64,000 nucleotides of DNA from the human T2T-CHM13v2.0 reference genome, Homo sapiens, in assembly GCF_009914755.1 (NCBI RefSeq), contig NC_060948.1. One strand, 5' to 3'. The notes under the pieces are model-generated. The model made no database searches. It had not been told where the DNA came from and saw only the letters and a program-made list of their open reading frames with translations. Below are positions 1 to 10,737 of this stretch, piece by piece (the stretch's first letter is position 1; each line of letters starts with the position of its first letter). Position numbers and translations under genes: made by a program.

Positions 1-1344
1 TGGAATGGAATGGAATGGACTCAAATGGAATGGACTAGAATGGAATGGATTCGAATGGAAGGCAAAGGAATGGAATCTATTGGAATGGACTGTAATGGAA
101 TGGAATGGAAGGGATTGGAATGGACTCGAATGGAATGGACTGCAATAGAAAGGATTCGAATGGAATGAAAAAGAATTGAATGGAATAGAACAGAATGGAA
201 TCAAATCGAATGAAATGGAATGGAATAGAAAGGAATGGAATGAAATGGAATGGAAAGGATTCGAATGGAATGCAATCGAATGGAATGGAATCGAACGGAA
301 TGGAATAAAATGGAAGAAAACTGGCAAGAAATGGAATCGAAATGAATGGAGTGTTATGGAACGGACTCAAAAGGAATTGAATGTAATAGAATGGAGTCTA
401 GTGGACTCGAATATAATGGACTGGAATGGAATGAAATCACATGGAATGGGAACGAATGGAATGGAATGGAAAGGAATGGAATCGAATGGAAAGGAATCGA
501 ATGGAAGGGAATGAAATTGAGTCAACACGAATGGAAGGGAATAGAATAGACTGTAATGGAATGGACTCGAATAGAATGGACACGAATGCTCAAATTAAAT
601 GGACTCGAATGGAATGGAAACGAAAGGAATGTCATCGAATGGAATTGAATCGATTGGAATGAAATCGCATAGAATGGAGTGGAATCAAATGGAATTGAAT
701 CGAAAGGAAAGGAAGCGAATGGACTGAAATGAAATGGAATGGAATTGAATGGAAAGTAATGCAATGGAATAGAATGGAACGAAATTTCACGGAATGGAAT
801 CAAACTGAATGGAATCAAATCAATGGAATCAAATCAAATGGAATGGAAAGGAATTGAATGGAGTAGATGGGATTGGATGGGATTGGAATGAAATGTACTG
901 GAAAGGACTCGAATTTCATGAAACGGAATGGAATGAATTGGAACGGAATGGACTCGAATGGAATGGAATGTCATGGGATGGCATCAAATGGAATGACATC
1001 AAATGGAATGGAATCGAATGCAATGGAATGCTATGGAATGGAATGGAATGCATTGGAATGGAATGTCCGCTAATGGAATGGATTCGAGTGGAATGGAATT
1101 GAATATAATGGAGTCGAATGAAATGGAATTGAAAGGAATGGGATCGAATACAATGGAATATACTGGAATGTAACGTAATGAACTCGAATGTAATTGACTG
1201 GAATGGAATGTACATGAATGGAATGTAATCGAATGGAAAGTAATCCAATGGAATAGAATCTAATGCAATAAAATCGACTCAGATAGAGTAGAATGTAATG
1301 GAATGGAGTGCAGTGCAATGGAATGGAATGGAATGGAATGCAAT

Positions 1345-1384
1345 GGAATGGAATGGAATGGAATGGAATGGAATGGAATGGAAT
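1345..1384 (+). repeat. Longest pure (GGAAT)n tract of the unit; variable copy number (unit 1 shown)
   Basis: Eight perfect GGAAT between GCAAT (1340) and GGGAT (1385); 5-10 pentamer slots in the other units. Confidence 0.95.
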
Positions 1385-1710
1385 GGGATGGAATGGTATG
1401 GAATGGATAGTAATGGACTGGAGTGAAATGGACTGGAAAGGAATGGACTCAAATTGAAAGGGCTCGAAAGGAATGGAGTCAAATGGAATGGTCTGGAATG
1501 GAATGAACACGAATGTAATGCAACCCAATAGAATGGAATCGAATGGCATGGAATATAAAGAAATGGAATCGAAGAGAATGGAAACAAATGGAATGGAATT
1601 GAATGGAATGGAATTGAATGGAATGGGAACGAATGGAGTGAAATTGTATGCAGTAGAAGAGAATAGAATGGAATGCAAGCGAAAGGAAAGGAATGGATTG
1701 GAATGGAATG

Positions 1711-1754
1711 GAATTCATTGGAATGGAAGGGAATGTAGTGTAATGGACAGGCCT
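1711..1754. other. Per-unit restriction landmarks: EcoRI (1711-1716) and StuI/HaeIII (1749-1754); unit 1 shown
   Basis: gaattc and aggcct read directly; both present at this position in all 18 units. Confidence 0.9.
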
Positions 1755-2124
1755 GGAATAAAGTGGAATGCTACGGTCTCGAATGGAATAAAAATGTATG
1801 GAATGGAATGCAATGAAACGGAATCGAATGTCATAGAATGTAATGGAATGCAAAAAAATGGAATCCAAAATCATTGACTGGAAAGGCTGGGTGTCGAAAG
1901 GAATTGACTCCAATGGAATGGAATCGAATGGAATGGAAGTGAATAGAATCGAACTAAATCGAATGGAATGGAATTGATAGGAACGGAATGGAAAGGAATG
2001 CAATGATTTGGCATGGAATGGAATCGAATGGCATCGAATGGAATGGAATGGAATGCAATGGAATGGAATGTATTAGAATGTAATGAACTTTAATGGAATG
2101 TACTCGAATGGATTCGACTGGAAT

Positions 2125-2139
2125 GGAATGTTCTGGAAG
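2125..2139. promoter_or_regulatory. Perfect three-box heat-shock element motif (HSE-1), present in every unit; binding not shown
   Basis: gGAAt gTTCt gGAAg matches nGAAn nTTCn nGAAn. Confidence 0.6.
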
Positions 2140-2404
2140 TGAATGGACTCCAATGGAATGGATTCAAAAGGAATGGAATCGTACGGAATGGAATCTAATG
2201 GAATGGAATTAAATGGAAATGAATCAAATTGAATAGCACGGAATTGAATTGAATGGAATGGAATGCAATGGAATCTAATGAAACGGAAAGGAAAGGAATG
2301 GAATGGAATGGAATGGGCTGGAATGGAAAGGAATCGAAACGAATGGAATGGAATCGAAGTGAAGAGACTGGAATGGAATGCACTGGAATGGAAGGGAGTG
2401 TAAT

Positions 2405-2419
2405 GGAAGGTTCTCGAAA
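2405..2419. promoter_or_regulatory. Perfect three-box heat-shock element motif (HSE-2), intact in 15 of 18 units; binding not shown
   Basis: gGAAg gTTCt cGAAa matches nGAAn nTTCn nGAAn. Confidence 0.6.
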
Positions 2420-3579
2420 AAAATGGAATCGAATGGAATGGAATTGAATGGAACGGAATAGAGTCGAATGGAATTGAATGGAATGGAATGGACTAGAGTG
2501 AAATGGAATCGAACCACAAGGAATGGACAGGAATAGAATGGTCTCGAATTGAATGGAATCGTATGGAATGGCATCAAACGGAATGGAATGGACAGCCACG
2601 GAATGGAATGCACTCGAAAGCAATGGAGTCGAAACTAATGGACTGGAATAGAATGGACTCGACTGGTACGGACTCCAATGGAATGGAATCGAATGCAAGG
2701 GAATCGAACGGAAGGGAATCGAACGGAATGGACTCGAAGGGAAAAGACTGCAATGGAAAGGTCTCGAATGGAATGGAAATTAATGGAATGGAATGGAATC
2801 GAATGAAATGGAGTCAAAAGGAATGGAATCGAATGGCAAGAAATCGAATGTAATGGAATCGCCAGGAATTGATGTGAATGGAACGGAATGGAATGGAATC
2901 CAAAGGAATGGAATAGAATGGAATGGAATCGAATGGAAAGGACTCGAATGGAAATCACTCGAATAGAATGCAATTTAATAAAATAGGATCAAATGTAATG
3001 GAATGGAATGGAAAGGAATCGAAACGAAAGGAATGGAGACAGATGGAATGGAATGGAACAGAGAGCAATGGTATAGAATGGAATGGAATCATCTGGAATG
3101 GAATTGAATGGAATGGAATAATATGAAATGGAATGGAATGGAATGGAATGGAATGCCCTTGAATTGAATGGACTGGAATAGAATGGACTCAAACAGAGTG
3201 GAATGGAAAGTGTGGAGATAGAATGGAATGAACTCCTTTGGAATGGTGTAGTATGCAATGCAATCGACTGGCAGGGAATCAAAAGGTATGTAATCGAAAG
3301 GATTGGACTGGAATGCAAAGGACTCGAATAGATTGGAAACGGAATGCAAAGGAATGGAATGGAATAGTATGGAATGCAATGGAAGGGAATGGAGTGGAAT
3401 AGACTAGAGTGGAATGGAATGGACTGGAAAGCAATGGACTGGAATGGAACTTTCTTGGATGGACTGGAATCAAACGGAATGGAATGCAGTGCAATCAAAT
3501 GGCATGGAATAAAATAGAATGAAAGAGAATCAAATGGAATTGAATCGAATGGAATCGAATGGATTGGAAAGGAATAGAA

Positions 3580-6500
3580 TGGAATGGAATGGAATGGACT
3601 CAAATGGAATGGACTAGAATGGAATGGATTCGAATGGAAGGCAAAGGAATGGAATCTATTGGAATGGACTGTAATGGAATGGAATGGAAGGGATTGGAAT
3701 GGACTCGAATGGAATGGACTGCAATAGAAAGGATTCGAATGGAATGAAAAAGAATTGAATGGAATAGAACAGAATGGAATCAAATCGAATGAAATGGAAT
3801 GGAATAGAAAGGAATGGAATGAAATGGAATGGAAAGGATTCGAATGGAATGCAATCGAATGGAATGGAATCGAACGGAATGGAATAAAATGGAAGAAAAC
3901 TGGCAAGAAATGGAATCGAAATGAATGGAGTGTTATGGAACGGACTCAAAAGGAATTGAATGTAATAGAATGGAGTCTAGTGGACTCGAATATAATGGAC
4001 TGGAATGGAATGAAATCACATGGAATGGGAACGAATGGAATGGAATGGAAAGGAATGGAATCGAATGGAAAGGAATCGAATGGAAGGGAATGAAATTGAG
4101 TCAACACGAATGGAAGGGAATAGAATAGACTGTAATGGAATGGACTCGAATAGAATGGACACGAATGCTCAAATTAAATGGACTCGAATGGAATGGAAAC
4201 GAAAGGAATGTCATCGAATGGAATTGAATCGATTGGAATGAAATCGCATAGAATGGAGTGGAATCAAATGGAATTGAATCGAAAGGAAAGGAAGCGAATG
4301 GACTGAAATGAAATGGAATGGAATTGAATGGAAAGTAATGCAATGGAATAGAATGGAACGAAATTTCACGGAATGGAATCAAACTGAATGGAATCAAATC
4401 AATGGAATCAAATCAAATGGAATGGAAAGGAATTGAATGGAGTAGATGGGATTGGATGGGATTGGAATGAAATGTACTGGAAAGGACTCGAATTTCATGA
4501 AACGGAATGGAATGAATTGGAACGGAATGGACTCGAATGGAATGGAATGTCATGGGATGGCATCAAATGGAATGACATCAAATGGAATGGAATCGAATGC
4601 AATGGAATGCTATGGAATGGAATGGAATGCATTGGAATGGAATGTCCGCTAATGGAATGGATTCGAGTGGAATGGAATTGAATATAATGGAGTCGAATGA
4701 AATGGAATTGAAAGGAATGGGATCGAATACAATGGAATATACTGGAATGTAACGTAATGAACTCGAATGTAATTGACTGGAATGGAATGTACATGAATGG
4801 AATGTAATCGAATGGAAAGTAATCCAATGGAATAGAATCTAATGCAATAAAATCGACTCAGATAGAGTAGAATGTAATGGAATGGAGTGCAGTGCAATGG
4901 AATGGAATGGAATGGAATGCAATGGAATGGAATGGAATGGAATGGAATGGAATGGAATGGAATGGGATGGAATGGTATGGAATGGATAGTAATGGACTGG
5001 AGTGAAATGGACTGGAAAGGAATGGACTCAAATTGAAAGGGCTCGAAAGGAATGGAGTCAAATGGAATGGTCTGGAATGGAATGAACACGAATGTAATGC
5101 AACCCAATAGAATGGAATCGAATGGCATGGAATATAAAGAAATGGAATCGAAGAGAATGGAAACAAATGGAATGGAATTGAATGGAATGGAATTGAATGG
5201 AATGGGAACGAATGGAGTGAAATTGTATGCAGTAGAAGAGAATAGAATGGAATGCAAGCGAAAGGAAAGGAATGGATTGGAATGGAATGGAATTCATTGG
5301 AATGGAAGGGAATGTAGTGTAATGGACAGGCCTGGAATAAAGTGGAATGCTACGGTCTCGAATGGAATAAAAATGTATGGAATGGAATGCAATGAAACGG
5401 AATCGAATGTCATAGAATGTAATGGAATGCAAAAAAATGGAATCCAAAATCATTGACTGGAAAGGCTGGGTGTCGAAAGGAATTGACTCCAATGGAATGG
5501 AATCGAATGGAATGGAAGTGAATAGAATCGAACTAAATCGAATGGAATGGAATTGATAGGAACGGAATGGAAAGGAATGCAATGATTTGGCATGGAATGG
5601 AATCGAATGGCATCGAATGGAATGGAATGGAATGCAATGGAATGGAATGTATTAGAATGGAATGAACTTTAATGGAATGTACTCGAATGGATTCGACTGG
5701 AATGGAATGTTCTGGAAGTGAATGGACTCCAATGGAATGGATTCAAAAGGAATGGAATCGTACGGAATGGAATCTAATGGAATGGAATTAAATGGAAATG
5801 AATCAAATTGAATAGCACGGAATTGAATTGAATGGAATGGAATGCAATGGAATCTAATGAAACGGAAAGGAAAGGAATGGAATGGAATGGAATGGGCTGG
5901 AATGGAAAGGAATCGAAACGAATGGAATGGAATCGAAGTGAAGAGACTGGAATGGAATGCACTGGAATGGAAGGGAGTGTAATGGAAGGTTCTCGAAAAA
6001 AATGGAATCGAATGGAATGGAATTGAATGGAACGGAATAGAGTCGAATGGAATTGAATGGAATGGAATGGACTAGAGTGAAATGGAATCGAACCACAAGG
6101 AATGGACAGGAATAGAATGGTCTCGAATTGAATGGAATCGTATGGAATGGCATCAAACGGAATGGAATGGACAGCCACGGAATGGAATGCACTCGAAAGC
6201 AATGGAGTCGAAACTAATGGACTGGAATAGAATGGACTCGACTGGTACGGACTCCAATGGAATGGAATCGAATGCAAGGGAATCGAACGGAAGGGAATCG
6301 AACGGAATGGACTCGAAGGGAAAAGACTGCAATGGAAAGGTCTCGAATGGAATGGAAATTAATGGAATGGAATGGAATCGAATGAAATGGAGTCAAAAGG
6401 AATGGAATCGAATGGCAAGAAATCGAATGTAATGGAATCGCCAGGAATTGATGTGAATGGAACGGAATGGAATGGAATCCAAAGGAATGGAATAGAATGG

Positions 6501-7158
6501 AATGGAATCGAATGGAAAGGACTCGAATGGAAATCACTCGAATAGAATGCAATTTAATAAAATAGGATCAAATGTAATGGAATGGAATGGAAAGGAATCG
6601 AAACGAAAGGAATGGAGACAGATGGAATGGAATGGAACAGAGAGCAATGGTATAGAATGGAATGGAATCATCTGGAATGGAATTGAATGGAATGGAATAA
6701 TATGAAATGGAATGGAATGGAATGGAATGGAATGCCCTTGAATTGAATGGACTGGAATAGAATGGACTCAAACAGAGTGGAATGGAAAGTGTGGAGATAG
6801 AATGGAATGAACTCCTTTGGAATGGTGTAGTATGCAATGCAATCGACTGGCAGGGAATCAAAAGGTATGTAATCGAAAGGATTGGACTGGAATGCAAAGG
6901 ACTCGAATAGATTGGAAACGGAATGCAAAGGAATGGAATGGAATAGTATGGAATGCAATGGAAGGGAATGGAGTGGAATAGACTAGAGTGGAATGGAATG
7001 GACTGGAAAGCAATGGACTGGAATGGAACTTTCTTGGATGGACTGGAATCAAACGGAATGGAATGCAGTGCAATCAAATGGCATGGAATAAAATAGAATG
7101 AAAGAGAATCAAATGGAATTGAATCGAATGGAATCGAATGGATTGGAAAGGAATAGAA
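3580..7158. repeat. DYZ1 unit 2 (3579 bp, haplotype A, near-identical to unit 1)
   Basis: All ORFs of unit 1 repeat at +3579; shares three private variants with unit 1. Confidence 0.95.
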
Positions 7159-10100
7159 TGGAATGGAATGGAATGGACTCAAATGGAATGGACTAGAATG
7201 GAATGGATTCGAATGGAAGGCAAAGGAATGGAATCTATTGGAATGGACTGTAATGGAATGGAATGGAAGGGATTGGAATGGACTCGAATGGAATGGACTG
7301 CAATAGAAAGGATTCGAATGGAATGAAAAAGAATTGAATGGAATAGAACAGAATGGAATCAAATCGAATGAAATGGAATGGAATAGAAAGGAATGGAATG
7401 AAATGGAATGGAAAGGATTCGAATGGAATGCAATCGAATGGAATGGAATCGAACGGAATGGAATAAAATGGAAGAAAACTGGCAAGAAATGGAATCGAAA
7501 TGAATGGAGTGTTATGGAACGGACTCAAAAGGAATTGAATGTAATAGAATGGAGTGGAGTGGACTCGAATATAATGGACTGGAATGGAATGAAATCACAT
7601 GGAATGGGAACGAATGGAATGGAATGGAAAGGAATGGAATCGAATGGAAAGGAATCGAATGGAAGGGAATGAAATTGAATCAACACGAATGGAAGGGAAT
7701 AGAATAGACTGTAATGGAATGGACTCGAATAGAATGGACACGAATGCTCAAATTAAATGGACTCGAATGGAATGGAAACGAAAGGAATGTCATCGAATGG
7801 AATTGAATCGATTGGAATGAAATCGCATAGAATGGAGTGGAATCAAATGGAATTGAATCGAAAGGAAAGGAAGCGAATGGACTGAAATGAAATGGAATGG
7901 AATTGAATGGAAAGTAATGCAATGGAATAGAATGGAACGAAATTTCACGGAATGGAATCAAACTGAATGGAATCAAATCAATGGAATCAAATCAAATGGA
8001 ATGGAAAGGAATTGAATGGAGTAGATGGGATTGGATGGGATTGGAATGAAATGTACTGGAAAGGACTCGAATTTCATGAAACGGAATGGAATGAATTGGA
8101 ACGGAATGGACTCGAATGGAATGGAATGTCATGGGATGGCATCAAATGGAATGGCATCAAATGGAATGGAATCGAATGCAATGGAATGCTATAGAATGGA
8201 ATGGAATGCATTGGAATGGAATGTCCTCTAATGGAGTGGATTCGAGTGGAATGGAATTGAATATAATGGAGTCGAATGAAATGGAATTGAAAGGAATGGG
8301 ATCGAATACAATGGAATATACAGGAATGTAACGTAATGAACTCGAATGTAATTGACTGGAATGGAATGTACATGAATGGAATGTAATCGAATGGAAAGTA
8401 ATCCAATGGAATAGAATCTAATGCAATAAAATCGACTCAGATAGAGTAGAATGTAATGGAATGGAGTGCAGTGCAATGGAATGGAATGGAATGGAATGCA
8501 ATGGAATGGAATGGAATGGAATGGAATGGAATGGAATGGAATGGGATGGAATGGTATGGAATGGATAGTAATGGACTGGAGTGAAATGGACTGGAAAGGA
8601 ATGGACTCAAATTGAAAGGGCTCGAAAGGAATGGAGTCAAATGGAATGGTCTGGAATGGAATGAACACGAATGTAATGCAACCCAATAGAATGGAATCGA
8701 ATGGCATGGAATATAAAGAAATGGAATCGAAGAGAATGGAAACAAATGGAATGGAATTGAATGGAATGGAATTGAATGGAATGGGAACGAATGGAGTGAA
8801 ATTGTATGCAGTAGAAGAGAATAGAATGGAATGCAAGCGAAAGGAAAGGAATGGATTGGAATGGAATGGAATTCATTGGAATGGAAGGGAATGTAGTGTA
8901 ATGGACAGGCCTGGAATAAAGTGGAATGCTACGGTCTCGAATGGAATAAAAATGTATGGAATGGAATGCAATGAAACGGAATCGAATGTCATAGAATGTA
9001 ATGGAATGCAAAAAAATGGAATCCAAAATCATTGACTGGAAAGGCTGGGTGTCGAAAGGAATTGACTCCAATGGAATGGAATCGAATGGAATGGAAGTGA
9101 ATAGAATCGAACTAAATCGAATGGAATGGAATTGATAGGAACGGAATGGAAAGGAATGCAATGATTTGGCATGGAATGGAATCGAATGGCATCGAATGGA
9201 ATGGAATGGAATGCAATGGAATGGAATGTATTAGAATGTAATGAACTTTAATGGAATGTACTCGAATGGATTCGACTGGAATGGAATGTTCTGGAAGTGA
9301 ATGGACTCCAATGGAATGGATTCAAAAGGAATGGAATCGTACGGAATGGAATCTAATGGAATGGAATTAAATGGAAATGAATCAAATTGAATAGCACGGA
9401 ATTGAATTGAATGGAATGGAATGCAATGGAATCTAATGAAACGGAAAGGAAAGGAATGGAATGGAATGGAATGGGCTGGAATGGAAAGGAATCGAAACGA
9501 ATGGAATGGAATCGAACTGAAGAGACTGGAATGGAATGCACTGGAATGGAAGGGAGTGTAATGGAAGGTTCTCGAAAAAAATGGAATCGAATGGAATGGA
9601 ATTGAATGGAACGGAATAGAGTCGAATGGAATTGAATGGAATGGAATGGACTAGAGTGAAATGGAATCGAACCACAAGGAATGGACAGGAATAGAATGGT
9701 CTCGAATTGAATGGAATCGTATGGAATGGCATCAAACGGAATGGAATGGACAGCCACGGAATGGAATGCACTCGAATGCAATGGAGTCGAAACTAATGGA
9801 CTGGAATAGAATGGACTCGACTGGTACGGACTCCAATGGAATGGAATCGAATGGAAGGGAATCGAACGGAATGGAATCGAACGGAATGGACTCGAAGGGA
9901 AAAGACTGCAATGGAAAGGTCTCGAATGGAATGGAAATTAATGGAATGGAATGGAATCGAATGAAATGGAGTCAAAAGGAATGGAATCGAATGGCAAGAA
10001 ATCGAATGTAATGGAATCGCCAGGAATTGATGTGAACGGAACGGAATGGAATGGAATCCAAAGGAATGGAATAGAATGGAATGGAATCGAATGGAAAGGA

Positions 10101-10737
10101 CTCGAATGGAAATCACTCGAATAGAATGCAATTTAATAAAATAGGATCAAATGTAATGGAATGGAATGGAAAGGAATCGAAACGAAAGGAATGGAGACAG
10201 ATGGAATGGAATGGAACAGAGAGCAATGGTATAGAATGGAATGGAATCATCTGGAATGGAATTGAATGGAATGGAATAATATGAAATGGAATGGAATGGA
10301 ATGGAATGGAATGCCCTTGAATTAAATGGACTGGAATGGAATGGACTCAAACAGAGTGGAATGGAAAGTGTGGAGATAGAATGGAATGAACTCCTTTGGA
10401 ATGGTGTAGTATGCAATGCAATCGACTGGCAGGGAATCAAAAGGAATGTAATCGAATGGATTGGACTGGAATGCAATGGACTCGAATAGATTGGAAACGG
10501 AATGCAAAGGAATGGAATGGAATAGTATGGAATGCAATGGAAGGGAATGGAGTGGAATAGACTAGAGTGGAATGGAATGGACTGGAAAGCAATGGACTGG
10601 AATGGAACTTTCTTGGATGGACTGGAATCAAACGGAATGGAATGCAATGCAATCAAATGGCATGGAATAAAATAGAATGAAAGAGAATCAAATGGAATTG
10701 AATCGAATGGAATCGAATGGATTGGAAAGGAATAGAA
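7159..10737. repeat. DYZ1 unit 3 (3579 bp, haplotype B)
   Basis: B alleles: ggcatc/ctatag/tcctct/atacagg in the left half; gaactg/ctcgaatgc/gtgaacgg/ttaaat in the right half. Confidence 0.95.

Larger units (their letters stand above)
1..3579. repeat. DYZ1 unit 1 (3579 bp, haplotype A; unit boundaries set arbitrarily at window position 1)
   Basis: Sequence at position 1 (tggaatggaatggaatggactcaaat) recurs at 3580; (GGAAT)8 run at 1345-1384. Confidence 0.95.

Noticed and set aside
868-890. G-rich patch gggattggatgggattgg as a G-quadruplex or telomere-like seed
   Set aside because: It has only two GGG runs and no TTAGGG; it is explained as a 10-bp local duplication.
1852-2423. A7 tracts (1852-1858 and 2417-2423) as poly(A) remnants or sequencing-error sites
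   Set aside because: They are in pentamer register and show no length change across units, so they are substituted pentamers. Their stability suggests the consensus is accurate.
2989-3906. 305 aa minus-strand ORF present in all 17 spanning copies
   Set aside because: It starts at TTG and reads as FHSIP repeats, the translation of (CCATT)n, which contains no stop codon. Its conservation reflects array homogenisation, and it has no recognisable domain.
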